NCBI GenBank assembly: GCA_023409835.1
Contig: JAEYQV010000132.1
Location: forward strand, 8,330-72,329
Source: Bacillota bacterium
Lineage (GTDB): Bacteria > Bacillota > Clostridia > Lachnospirales > Lachnospiraceae
DNA length: 64,000 nucleotides
Direction: 5' to 3'
The notes beneath the pieces were generated by a model. The model did no database searches. It was given only the letters and a program-made list of their open reading frames with translations, and had not been told where the DNA came from. The translations under genes and the position numbers were made by a program. Of this stretch, positions 34,535-44,177 are shown in pieces; within the stretch, counting starts at the first letter, position 1; every line of letters begins with the position of its first letter.

Positions 34535-36091
34535 TTATTTTGATTTAGTGGTTCTGTCATTCTTTAAAAACTGTTCCGCCATATCCCTGGGTACCGGCTT
34601 ACTGTATAGGAAGCCCTGTGCCTTATTACAGTTGGACTCCTGAAGAAATTGCTCCTGATCACTGCGTTCTACGCCTTCTGCGATAACATAGAGATTTAAG
34701 TTTCTAGCCAGGGTAATAATGGTCTGGATAATCTTCTGATCAGACTGGTCCTCCATTACGGTATCCAGGAAGCTCTTATCAATCTTCAGATTGCTTACCG
34801 GAAGACGTTTTAGATAATTCATGGAGGAATACCCGGTTCCGAAATCATCCAGTGAGAAATTTACTCCAATCTTTCTAAGCTCTAAAATGGTAGCAATGGT
34901 ATATTCCAGATCATCCAAGGCGATAGTTTCCGTAATTTCCAACTCCAGATGTCTGGGATCAATTCCTGTATTCTCAATGACCTCCATCACGAGCTTAACA
35001 AACTCCTTATCCTTAAACTGTCTGGCTGACAGATTTACTGCCATATTAATATCAGGAAAGCCCTCACTAGACCATTGCTTCAGCTGCCTGCAGGCTGTTA
35101 AAAGAACCCATTTCCCAATCGGGACGATGAGCCCCGTCTCCTCGGCAAGGTAGATAAATTCATCAGGACCTACCAAGCCTTTGGTCGGATGGTTCCAACG
35201 GATCAAGGCCTCAAAGCCGACCGCCTTCTTGGTTTCCAGATCCATCTGTGCCTGGTAGAATAGGATAAACTCATCCCGTTCAATTGCTTTTCTAAGCTCC
35301 GATTGTGTCTCAATCTTCTCTGTTAGCTTCTGGTTAAAGGTATAATCAAAGTATGCATACGTATTTTTCCCGTCAGCCTTCGCTACATACATGGCAGCGT
35401 CCACATTTTTTATCAATATCTGTGAGGTCTTTCCATCCTTCGGTGCAAATGCAACTCCGATACTGACGGTAACAAAATATTCCTTAGTGGTCAATATAAA
35501 AGGATAGCTGAAGACATTCCTGATCTTGCGGATTTTCTCTTCATAAGAAGCTGTATCCGTAAGATTCTGGGTAAGTACGATAAACTCATCACCACCGATT
35601 CTGGCCAGATAATCATTCTCATCCATCGCCTGTTTTAAGCGGTAGGTTACGTCAATCAATAATTCATCCCCATAGGAATGACCCAGGGTATCATTGATAT
35701 TCTTAAAATTGTCCAGGTCGATATCCATAATACCGATAATTTCACCGCTGCGGATCGTTAGCATAACATTATCGAGCATCTCTGTAAAAGCTGTCCTGTT
35801 CGGCAGCTCTGTAAGATAATCTGTGTAAGCCAGCTTCTTCATATTATCCCTGTTTCTGTTAAGCTCCTCATACTTAATTGTAAGCTCATTCAGAGAATTC
35901 AAGGATGCTTCATAGACCGACTCAAGCTCACGGTAACTATCCTTCAGTGATTTATTTTCCTGATCAGAAAGCTCCTGCGCCTGTCTGGCTTTTCTTAAAC
36001 GGACAAATAGCTGAATAATCAGAAGCAGAATAACAATTGCTGCTGATGCAACCAGTGCCACGACTGTCTGGTTAAACCCATATACGCCCAT
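34535..36091 (-). CDS. GGDEF-EAL diguanylate cyclase/phosphodiesterase
   Basis: TM plus coiled coil; [25 protein letters not shown]. Confidence 0.93.
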   Translation of the reverse strand: MGVYGFNQTVVALVASAAIVILLLIIQLFVRLRKARQAQELSDQENKSLKDSYRELESVYEASLNSLNELTIKYEELNRNRDNMKKLAYTDYLTELPNRTAFTEMLDNVMLTIRSGEIIGIMDIDLDNFKNINDTLGHSYGDELLIDVTYRLKQAMDENDYLARIGGDEFIVLTQNLTDTASYEEKIRKIRNVFSYPFILTTKEYFVTVSIGVAFAPKDGKTSQILIKNVDAAMYVAKADGKNTYAYFDYTFNQKLTEKIETQSELRKAIERDEFILFYQAQMDLETKKAVGFEALIRWNHPTKGLVGPDEFIYLAEETGLIVPIGKWVLLTACRQLKQWSSEGFPDINMAVNLSARQFKDKEFVKLVMEVIENTGIDPRHLELEITETIALDDLEYTIATILELRKIGVNFSLDDFGTGYSSMNYLKRLPVSNLKIDKSFLDTVMEDQSDQKIIQTIITLARNLNLYVIAEGVERSDQEQFLQESNCNKAQGFLYSKPVPRDMAEQFLKNDRTTKSK

Positions 36092-36166
36092 ACATCCTCC
36101 AAAGTACCTTCATACGCTCCACAACGCATCTTATCTGAAGTAAAATTAATTCGCTTATTTTACCTA

Positions 36167-37561
36167 TTATCTTATCTCCTTATTCATTAAATACTCATCG
36201 ATTCCCTTTGCAGCCGCTTTCCCTGCACCCATGGCAAGAATTACAGTAGCTGCACCGGTAACTGCATCACCACCGGCAAAAACCCCTTCTCTTGAGGTCT
36301 GTCCATTGGTCTCATCTGCAATAATGCATCGATGTCTGTTTATATCTAATCCTTCTGTTGTGGAAGAAATCAACGGGTTAGGGCTGGTTCCGAGAGACAT
36401 GATTACGGTATCCACATCAAGTATAAATTCAGAATCCTTCTTCTCAACAGGTCTTCTTCTTCCTGATTCGTCCGGCTCTCCAAGCTCCATCTCAACGCAA
36501 CGCATACCGGAAACCCAGCCTTGTTCATTCACCAGGATTTCCTTTGGATTCGTCAGCAGCTTAAAGATGATGCCCTCCTCCTTCGCATGATGAACCTCCT
36601 CCACTCTGGCGGGTAGCTCTGCCTCACTTCTGCGATAAACGACATAAACCTCTGCACCCAGACGCAGCGCTGTCCTTGCAGCATCCATGGCAACATTGCC
36701 ACCGCCTACAACAGCCACCTTATTACCGGTGATAATCGGAGTAGCATAGCTCTTATCAAATGCCTTCATTAAATTATTCCGGGTCAGGTATTCATTTGCG
36801 GAGAATACCCCGTTGGCATTCTCACCGGGAATCCCCATGAACTTCGGAAGTCCTGCTCCCGAACCGATAAATACGGCCTCAAAGCCCTCTTCCTCCATCA
36901 GTTCATCAATCGTAACGGATTTACCGATGATGACATTGGTTTCAATCTTAACACCAAGCTTTTTAACGTTCTCTACCTCGGTTCTTACAACCGTGTCCTT
37001 GGGAAGCCTGAATTCAGGAATTCCATATACAAGAACACCTCCCGGCTCATGGAGCGCTTCAAAGATCGTTACTTCATAGCCCATCTTCGCCAGCTCTCCC
37101 GCGCAGGTAAGCCCGGCGGGGCCGGAGCCAATCACTGCAACCTTCCTGTCCTTTTTCTCCGTTGGTAATTCAGGCTCAATATTATTTTCCCTTGCCCAGT
37201 CTGCAACAAAGCGTTCAAGTTTACCGATGGATACGGGATCCCCCTTTATTCCACGGATGCAGCGTTCTTCACACTGCGTCTCCTGAGGACAAACTCTTCC
37301 GCACACTGCAGGAAGTGCACTGTATTTTCCGATTACCTTGAAGGCTGACTCAATATCACCGTTTGCCACTTCTTTAATAAAGCCCGGAATATCAATGGAT
37401 ACCGGACATCCGGTAACACATTTCGGATTCTTACATTGTATGCAGCGGGACGCTTCTTCCTGTGCCTCCCCTTTATTGTAGCCAAGACACACCTCGTTGA
37501 AATTATGAGCGCGTACCTTGGGATCCTGTTCGCTGATCGGAACCTTCTTCAAAACATCCAT
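36167..37561 (-). CDS. nfnB: NfnB/SudA (GltD-like) large subunit of electron-bifurcating transhydrogenase
   Basis: RCIQCKNPKCVTGCP, CGRVCPQETQCE, GSGPAG, GGGNVAMDAAR; directly downstream of nfnA. Confidence 0.85.
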   Translation of the reverse strand: MDVLKKVPISEQDPKVRAHNFNEVCLGYNKGEAQEEASRCIQCKNPKCVTGCPVSIDIPGFIKEVANGDIESAFKVIGKYSALPAVCGRVCPQETQCEERCIRGIKGDPVSIGKLERFVADWARENNIEPELPTEKKDRKVAVIGSGPAGLTCAGELAKMGYEVTIFEALHEPGGVLVYGIPEFRLPKDTVVRTEVENVKKLGVKIETNVIIGKSVTIDELMEEEGFEAVFIGSGAGLPKFMGIPGENANGVFSANEYLTRNNLMKAFDKSYATPIITGNKVAVVGGGNVAMDAARTALRLGAEVYVVYRRSEAELPARVEEVHHAKEEGIIFKLLTNPKEILVNEQGWVSGMRCVEMELGEPDESGRRRPVEKKDSEFILDVDTVIMSLGTSPNPLISSTTEGLDINRHRCIIADETNGQTSREGVFAGGDAVTGAATVILAMGAGKAAAKGIDEYLMNKEIR

Positions 37562-37605
37562 ACTAACCTCCAATTGCCGAAACACCGCACATTTAGGCCA
37601 ACGGC

Positions 37606-38508
37606 TTACTCTTCATGACATTCACAGCTCTTATGATGATGGGTATCTCCCTCACTGTCCCTGAGAACCTTTTTACCTTCTTCTGATTTATACATCTGAA
37701 GCCGTTTCATAGCCTCGTCAAAATTAACCAAATGGCCGTCAAACTCCGGGCCATCCACACAGGCAAACTTTACCTCATTACCAATGGTCAGCCTGCAGGC
37801 ACCACACATACCGGTACCATCCACCATAACAGGATTCATACTGACAATTGTCTTAATACCAAGCTCTTTGGTAAGAATACATACGAATTTCATCATAATC
37901 ATAGGGCCTATAGCAATTACCCGGTCATACTTCTTACCTTGATGATTCACCAGATCCTTGATGCAGTCGTTTACATTTCCTTTAAAACCATAGGAACCGT
38001 CATCGGTTGTTATGTAAACGTTCTTCGCATACTCCTTCATTCTGTCCTCCAGAATGATTAACTCCTTGTTTCTTGCACCAATAATGCAATCCACATCATA
38101 ACCGCTCTCCTTCATCCATTTAACCTGCGGATAAACCGGAGCCGCACCGACTCCTCCTGCAACAAAAAGAATGCTCTTCTTCTGAAGCTCTCCTCTCGGT
38201 TCCTCAATCAGCTCTGATCTATGACCCAGAGGCCCGGTAAAATCACGGAATGCATCCCCGACCTCATACTCAGCCATTAATTTAGTAGATGTTCCGATTG
38301 CCTGAAACACTATGGTTACAGTACCGGCTTCTCTGTCGTAATCACAAATTGTTAAAGGAATCCGCTCACCCTTTTCATCCATCTTAATGATGACAAATTG
38401 ACCGGGATAGCAATTTTTCGCTACTCTGGGGGCCTTGACATCCATAAGATAAATAGAGTTAGCCAGGCTCTCCTTCTTCGTAATTGTATAGATATAATTG
38501 TCTGCCAT
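37606..38508 (-). CDS. nfnA: NfnA/SudB (PyrK-like FAD/2Fe-2S) small subunit
   Basis: PGQFVI, GERIPLTI, VAGGVG, MVDGTGMCGACR...ACVDGPEFDG. Confidence 0.87.
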   Translation of the reverse strand: MADNYIYTITKKESLANSIYLMDVKAPRVAKNCYPGQFVIIKMDEKGERIPLTICDYDREAGTVTIVFQAIGTSTKLMAEYEVGDAFRDFTGPLGHRSELIEEPRGELQKKSILFVAGGVGAAPVYPQVKWMKESGYDVDCIIGARNKELIILEDRMKEYAKNVYITTDDGSYGFKGNVNDCIKDLVNHQGKKYDRVIAIGPMIMMKFVCILTKELGIKTIVSMNPVMVDGTGMCGACRLTIGNEVKFACVDGPEFDGHLVNFDEAMKRLQMYKSEEGKKVLRDSEGDTHHHKSCECHEE

Positions 38509-38798
38509 TTGAATATCCTCATTTCAATTATTGAAAACTTAAACGGATTAACGTTAACCTTTATTATAAAATAGTTATATTAAAAAATCCAGATAAATTT
38601 TCAGACATACAGCTAATGCGACAGAATTCAGCATTATCCATATAAAAGCTAAAGTTTATTGTATATTTATAATTACTTTTTACTTTGCACGCAAAAAAAC
38701 GGATGTCGTCAAAGGGTTAAGTTTTCGAATTCCCGTACCCTTGAAACCACATCCGTTCAATCAATTCCAATGCACTACTTTCGCATAATAATACACGA

Positions 38799-39443
38799 TT
38801 ACCTAAATCCAGCTGCATATTTCTTGCTTTTCTTTCCGATTTCCGTAAGGAAATCCTGATAGTTTTTCTCTTCTTCCTCTCGGTTAACACACAATCTGCC
38901 CATCCGGTCACATCTGCAGAACAGGGCCAGCTCCTCAGGGTCTGTTTCTGTAAGCATCCCCTCCGGATTGCCGTAAGGTAGATTTTTAAGGATATAAAGC
39001 ATATGCATATGGTATTTCACCAAGGCACTTACCCTAGCGATATATTCCTCCTCATGAAAAGCTTTTAAGAATTCCTCAGCCAGTAAGGCACCTGCCATGT
39101 CATGCTCATAGGAGGTTATTTTTCCCTTACGGTTTCTGGTTGTATCCGACTTCCCGATATCATGCAGCAGAGCTGCCCACATAAAAACCACAGGTTCCTT
39201 ACAGATTTCCCTGACCTGAGCTGCTTCATCCACCACCAGCATCGTATGGTTCCATACACTTCCCTCCGGGTGATACTTTGGTGATTGCTCCGTTTCTTTA
39301 AGCTTTAAGAGCATCCGGAAGGGATATTGTTTGAATTCCGGTTCCGTTGCCAATTGATTGATATAGTCCGAGGGAGCTGTATCACGAAGAAGATGGAGTT
39401 GTAGTTCATTATATATATCCCGGATTGGCCTGTTTGCGCCCAT
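38799..39443 (-). CDS. HD-domain phosphohydrolase
   Basis: HPEGSVWNHT and ALLHDIGK, resembling the HD domain of multifunctional CCA enzymes. Confidence 0.85.
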   Translation of the reverse strand: MGANRPIRDIYNELQLHLLRDTAPSDYINQLATEPEFKQYPFRMLLKLKETEQSPKYHPEGSVWNHTMLVVDEAAQVREICKEPVVFMWAALLHDIGKSDTTRNRKGKITSYEHDMAGALLAEEFLKAFHEEEYIARVSALVKYHMHMLYILKNLPYGNPEGMLTETDPEELALFCRCDRMGRLCVNREEEEKNYQDFLTEIGKKSKKYAAGFR

Positions 39444-39607
39444 TACTTCGGTTCATGGATGGGTTTCGCTTTTCTGTTACCCGTCTTTGCCTTTCCTTGT
39501 AATTCCGGAACCGGTTCGGCATCATTCCTTGGAATGTTCATCTTCTGCCATCCTTCTGTTCCGTGGGGTTCACTTGGGTCAGGCCTTCTCATTCCTGCTT
39601 TTGCCAT
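39443..39607 (-). CDS. Small protein, 54 aa (not in ORF track)
   Basis: MAKAGMRRPDPSEPHGTEGWQKMNIPRNDAEPVPELQGKAKTGNRKAKPIHEPK; AAAGGA RBS; TAATG overlap with the HD gene start. Confidence 0.7.
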   Translation of the reverse strand: MAKAGMRRPDPSEPHGTEGWQKMNIPRNDAEPVPELQGKAKTGNRKAKPIHEPK

Positions 39608-39670
39608 CGTTATTCTCTTCCTTTCTTAACTGTCTGCATAGCCTAATTCACAAAGTATCCGCTTATTTGC

Positions 39671-39805
39671 TTATACATCATTATGCTTAATTGATTTTCT
39701 TTTTGCATTCTTATTCTTGTTCTGGTTCTCCTTCGTTAATGGTGTCTGTCCGTTCGCTTTATCTACTCTGGCTTTTTTGTTGTCCGGCTGTCCGTCTTTC
39801 GGCAT
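39671..39805 (-). CDS. Small basic Asn/Lys-rich protein, 44 aa (not in ORF track; SASP-like character)
   Basis: MPKDGQPDNKKARVDKANGQTPLTKENQNKNKNAKRKSIKHNDV; AGGAGG RBS; upstream GAATA-N17-CATAATA. Confidence 0.72.
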   Translation of the reverse strand: MPKDGQPDNKKARVDKANGQTPLTKENQNKNKNAKRKSIKHNDV

Positions 39806-39872
39806 AATATCCTCCTATCGTTTCAGATAATGTTTGGAATGAAATCTACTGCCATTTCATTCTTCACCTTAA

Positions 39873-39901
39873 TATTATGTCAATTCCGGGCCTACATATT
39901 C
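39873..39901 (-). promoter_or_regulatory. sigma-G-like forespore promoter
   Basis: GAATA(39901-39897)-N17-CATAATA(39879-39873). Confidence 0.65.
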
Positions 39902-40413
39902 TTTCCGTCGGTATTGTCATTTTTTATTAGTAATTCTTGATAAGAGGATAATTTTGATAAATGATAATTCGTATACCTCTTATCCGCCGAAAGCTCTGCT
40001 CCAAACCATTCCGGAGGAACGAAAGCATCCGCTGCTTCCACATCAGGAAATTCCACCTCGGCAAAGATTAGGCCCTCCAAAACTCCCTCGAAAATATCCA
40101 GCTCGACGGTTAGTCCACCCTCCAAAGGAATCAGGTATCGTTTTTTCAAAACCATATTGTCATCCGTCTTAGCCTTTAAGCTTTGATAGGCTTCCTTTGT
40201 TAAGGGAAGCTCCACCTCGTTCCTGATGATTGCACCCCCTTTTTTCTCCTTCACATCTGTCTTGGACTTATAGGTCAAATAATAATCCTGGTTGCTTTTA
40301 CGAATTCGGATCGTAGGATTGTGACACAGATAACCCTGCTCAATCTTCTTACATGGAAAGTCAGTTAGCTCACCCGGTATATACATTATTTCATATTTTC
40401 TCTCTATCTCCAT
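39892..40413 (-). CDS. CYTH-domain protein
   Basis: MEIERKY, IEQGYL, IRIRK, KKRY, AEVEF, PEWFG. Confidence 0.9.
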   Translation of the reverse strand: MEIERKYEIMYIPGELTDFPCKKIEQGYLCHNPTIRIRKSNQDYYLTYKSKTDVKEKKGGAIIRNEVELPLTKEAYQSLKAKTDDNMVLKKRYLIPLEGGLTVELDIFEGVLEGLIFAEVEFPDVEAADAFVPPEWFGAELSADKRYTNYHLSKLSSYQELLIKNDNTDGKNM

Positions 40414-40487
40414 TGCATTCATCCCTTTCCAAATTATTTCCTTCTTAAATATTGTATAGGAAATATTCTTATGCTTATACTATCGCT

Positions 40488-40889
40488 ATGAAAAAATGTT
40501 TTGTCAATGATTTCTTTATCTGCGGACTATTGGGCTGGTGTCTGGAATGCTTATGGACCGGTCTTGACTCTATTAGGAAACATAAGGACCGGACCTTAGC
40601 CTGCCATACGTCAGTCTGGATGTTCCCTATTTATGGGATGGCCGCCTGCTTAACGCCGATCTGTAATAAGCTTAAGAAACAGAATGCCCTGTGTAGAGGA
40701 GGTGTTTATGCATTACTGATTTATCTGACAGAATTCACATCCGGTGTTATTCTGAAGAAATATCGGGCATGCCCCTGGGATTACAGTAAGGCAAAGCTAA
40801 ATATTAAAGGAGTAATCCGATTCGACTATGCGCCTGTCTGGTTCTTAACAGGGCTATTATTTGAAAAGGTACTCAACCGCAGAGGCTGA
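40488..40889 (+). CDS. Small membrane protein (putative ABC-transporter permease family)
   Basis: GLLGWCLE, WMFPIYG, PWDYS pattern; 4 TM. Confidence 0.7.
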   Translation: MKKCFVNDFFICGLLGWCLECLWTGLDSIRKHKDRTLACHTSVWMFPIYGMAACLTPICNKLKKQNALCRGGVYALLIYLTEFTSGVILKKYRACPWDYSKAKLNIKGVIRFDYAPVWFLTGLLFEKVLNRRG

Positions 40890-41003
40890 TCAACAGGAAT
40901 ACCTTATTAATTCCGTTATCATCAGCCTCTGCTTTTTAGGGTTGAAAGACCTTATGAAAAGTTGTATACTGTTCCGGTAAGAAGAAAACCGGAGGTAGAC
41001 AAC

Positions 41004-42188
41004 TTGTTAAAGGCAGTTATATTTGATATGGATGGTGTTATTATTGACAGCGAACCGATGCATGCCCGCGCAGCAGTGCTTGCATTAAAAAAATATCAGG
41101 TCGACATCACTACGGATTATTGCTCCAGATTTATCGGATCCACTACAGTTTATATGTGTCAGGAGATGGTAAGAGAGTTTCATCTGAACATTTCTCCGGA
41201 AGAGCTTCTGGCTGCTAACAACGAGTTGAAGAAATACCTTAGGGATACCGAAGGGTATCCGGTTATCCCTTATATTACGAAGCTGATAAAAGATCTGTAT
41301 TCCCATGGCTTGCTATTAATCATAGCCTCCTCTTCTCCCGGAGAGGATATTGAATATGTTATGGATACACTTAAGATCCGGAAGTATTTCAAGGGCTTTA
41401 TCTCCGGTCGGGAATTGGAGCATCCGAAACCGGCACCCGATATTTTCCTGGCTGCAGCACAGCGTCTGGGTGTCTCACCGGATGAATGTATTGTCATAGA
41501 GGACTCTACAAATGGAGTTAATGCCGCCTATGCTGCCGGAATTACATCAATTGGCTTTGTAAATCCCAATTCGGGAACCCATGATTTGCGGAAGGCTGCC
41601 TTTTTAGTAGAAGGCTTTGAAGAGATCGATTATGCTTTCCTCCACCAGGTTTATTGCAATGCACATTGGAAAGCTTCCGTCATCACAGCGACAGAACGGC
41701 TCATCCTTCGAGAGCTTGCGGTAGAGGATGCCTATGATTTATTTCATATCTATAGCGAACCGGAATGCATCCGTTTTTGCGGGGATGCACCGGAATCCCT
41801 TGAGGTAGAGCAGGAACGGCGTAAAGCATATATCCGTTATGTATATCAGAATTACGGTTACGGTCAATGGGGAATATTCTTAAGAGAAAGCAATAGGCTA
41901 ATCGGCTGCTGCGGAATTGAGCTGAAAGAAAACGGGAGTAACGGTGATTACGAAATCGGCTATTTATTAGCCTCAGAATATCAGGGAAAAGGCTTCGCTT
42001 ATGAAGCAGCCTCTGCAGTAATTAAGTATTTTAAAGAACGCTATCAACCAAAACGGATTATAGCTGTTATAGATAAGCAGAATATACCATCCCTGAAATT
42101 AGCAAAAAAGCTTGGTATGTGTAAGGATGGTGAATTAATTAGAAACCGTCGTGAATGTTATCGATACTGTTTCAATTTTCCTGATTAA
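41004..42188 (+). CDS. HAD phosphatase-GNAT (RimJ/RimL) fusion protein
   Basis: FDMDGVIIDSE, KPAPDIF and IEDS, then TERLILR, EIGY, QGKGFA, NIPSLKLAKKLG. TTG start after GGAGG. Confidence 0.85.
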   Translation: MLKAVIFDMDGVIIDSEPMHARAAVLALKKYQVDITTDYCSRFIGSTTVYMCQEMVREFHLNISPEELLAANNELKKYLRDTEGYPVIPYITKLIKDLYSHGLLLIIASSSPGEDIEYVMDTLKIRKYFKGFISGRELEHPKPAPDIFLAAAQRLGVSPDECIVIEDSTNGVNAAYAAGITSIGFVNPNSGTHDLRKAAFLVEGFEEIDYAFLHQVYCNAHWKASVITATERLILRELAVEDAYDLFHIYSEPECIRFCGDAPESLEVEQERRKAYIRYVYQNYGYGQWGIFLRESNRLIGCCGIELKENGSNGDYEIGYLLASEYQGKGFAYEAASAVIKYFKERYQPKRIIAVIDKQNIPSLKLAKKLGMCKDGELIRNRRECYRYCFNFPD

Positions 42189-42203
42189 GGATGGAGCATA
42201 GCT

Positions 42204-42611
42204 ATGGAAAATTCAAGAAATACAAAACAAAAGCAATTAATTCTCTCAATATTAAAGGAAGCGGACCGACCGATGTCAATTAATGAAGTATATCTTCAGG
42301 TTGCAAAGGAGCTTCCCAAGATAGCGAAATCTACAATCTATCGTAATATAGATGCTCTTTTAGGTCAAAATCTGATTGATAAATATCATTTTAACGATTC
42401 GGAGATTTTTTATCGGATTAAAGCAGACAGTCATGAACATAAGCATTTTATCATTTGTGATGATTGTAAGAAAGTATTTGATCTACCCTCCTGTCCGATC
42501 CATGACATTGAACATGCCATAGAGGAAGAAGGTTTCGTTATTAAGGATCATCTCATTCAAATCACCGGCACCTGTAAGAATTGCGCCTTACATAAGAATA
42601 GTGAAAAATAA
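42204..42611 (+). CDS. Fur-family regulator (Zur-like)
   Basis: STIYRN, HEHKHFIICDDC, GTCKNC. Confidence 0.88.
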   Translation: MENSRNTKQKQLILSILKEADRPMSINEVYLQVAKELPKIAKSTIYRNIDALLGQNLIDKYHFNDSEIFYRIKADSHEHKHFIICDDCKKVFDLPSCPIHDIEHAIEEEGFVIKDHLIQITGTCKNCALHKNSEK

Positions 42612-42641
42612 AAATCCTTCCAAATTATATGGAAGGATTTT
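42611..42641. terminator. Bidirectional terminator
   Basis: AAAATCCTTCCA-N7-TGGAAGGATTTT. Confidence 0.75.
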
Positions 42642-42642
42642 T

Positions 42643-42680
42643 ATTAGTGGTTATCTGCCATAGGCTGACAATCCGGTTTT
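42643..42680 (-). repeat. Dispersed palindromic element, copy 3
   Basis: Reverse complement AAAACCGGATTGTCAGCCTATGGCAGATAACCACTAAT. Confidence 0.82.
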
Positions 42681-43009
42681 TATCTGGTGGCTGCCGGTGT
42701 AGTTGTTAAGCCTGTTCCGGTGCCTGTACCAGAACCACCGGTTGTACCTGTTCCTCCGGTTGTTCCACCTGTAGTACCTGTTCCTCCGGTTGTTCCACCT
42801 GTACCTCCGGTGGTGTTACCTGTTGTGCCTGTTCCTCCGGTTGTATTATTCGTTCCGGTGCCATTTTTGTTTGTTCCGTTAGTATTCCCGTTAGTCGTCC
42901 CGTTAGTAGCTCCGTTATTTGTTTTAGAGCCATCACCTGCTGTACATGCAGTAAGGGCAATTAAGGATACACATACCAATGCAATTAATATGCATAATCT
43001 TTTTCTCAT
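42680..43009 (-). CDS. Gly/Thr/Asn-rich low-complexity lipoprotein
   Basis: Lipobox LTA-C, AGGAG RBS, TTGGTG repeats; perfect 30-bp duplication at 42744-42803. Confidence 0.8.
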   Translation of the reverse strand: MRKRLCILIALVCVSLIALTACTAGDGSKTNNGATNGTTNGNTNGTNKNGTGTNNTTGGTGTTGNTTGGTGGTTGGTGTTGGTTGGTGTTGGSGTGTGTGLTTTPAATR

Positions 43010-43278
43010 CGATACTCCTCCTATTAATATGAATAATAATATCGTTTTACTTGGTTAGTATCTCACGGTTTATTTTTATTATGCATATCCATAAATTCAA
43101 GGCAAGTCATATATTCTTCTAAAAGCATCGGCTTGACGATGATTGCTTCAGAAAATCCACTAAATTATACCAATTTTTATAATAAAAACACATTCCTTTA
43201 AAAATTCTATACAGTCTCCCGGAGCCTGCCTATGCATTACTTAATCCCCACCATTTTAACTTCTTCCTCTGTCAAATA

Positions 43279-44064
43279 TCATTCAGAGGTACGGAATTCA
43301 ATCATATCTCCCCGGAAACGGAGAGGCAGGTTATTGCGCTGCAGCTTCGGATTAATACGCTCCTTGATAGCGATATGTTTAAAGAATATCTTCCATAGAT
43401 CCTGATATTCATCCTCTTCATAGGATATCTCATCGAATTCGTTTTCAAAAAGGTTCTGCGTCTCCACCAATATCCAGGGCTTACCCGGTACATGGAGAGT
43501 GGCAAGCTTCCGATTCTCATCAAAAATAATAAACCGCTCCCTGGGCAGCCGGTCAACAAAATGGGGTGTGATCAAGGATAATACGTTATTCTTGGGGTGG
43601 ATTACGCTGGTCAGAAGACCGCTCTCCTGTTCTGAAAAACGAACAAAGCCTAGCAGATGGTGCATTTCATTACCAACGAATTTACTAAGCTTAAAAATAC
43701 CGGCTACAATCTCATTACTCAGATGATTGATGATATCCGCTCCTGCTGCAAAACCAAGAATCATAAAACGATAAATCAGATCCGCTTTACCCATTTGATC
43801 AGACAAGGCAGCTCTGCATAACATCTCATATGCTTCCATAGATATCTTCTCCTTTATTGCTTTGCCAACCTTCAGGGATAAGCCGTAATCCGTCTCCACC
43901 TGCATATATTCCGAAAACAACTCCATATTAGAATAGTTATGTGAATTACTCTGTTCTTCAATCTTTATGTTGGCATGTCCGTAGCCGGAGCTCCAAGCCA
44001 CATAGATAGCCGTAAATATCCCATCAATACTGTCCTCGCATAGATAGATTCTGGTCAGCTTCAT
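43279..44064 (-). CDS. TIGR03915-family putative DNA repair protein
   Basis: CEDSIDGIFTAIY, EMHHLLGFVRF, PHFVDRLP.E.FIIFD, LWKIFF..IAIKERINPKLQRNNLP.RF. Confidence 0.88.
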   Translation of the reverse strand: MKLTRIYLCEDSIDGIFTAIYVAWSSGYGHANIKIEEQSNSHNYSNMELFSEYMQVETDYGLSLKVGKAIKEKISMEAYEMLCRAALSDQMGKADLIYRFMILGFAAGADIINHLSNEIVAGIFKLSKFVGNEMHHLLGFVRFSEQESGLLTSVIHPKNNVLSLITPHFVDRLPRERFIIFDENRKLATLHVPGKPWILVETQNLFENEFDEISYEEDEYQDLWKIFFKHIAIKERINPKLQRNNLPLRFRGDMIEFRTSE

Positions 44065-44177
44065 TCTTTTCTCCTCTTCTGCCGTACTCCCGTTCATTCG
44101 GTCCTCGGCTAATCATAACCTGCACATCATTCCATCTCAAGAATCATCCTAATAATGATAATCCCCATATAAATATT

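Noticed and set aside
38509..38700. Rex operator upstream of nfnAB
   Set aside because: No TTGTGAA-N4-TTCACAA-like palindrome seen.
42687..43058. Pro/Val-rich + strand ORF (and alternative-frame ORF 42706-42960)
   Set aside because: Artefacts of the Gly/Thr repeat; only 42680-43009 has an RBS and a lipoprotein signal.
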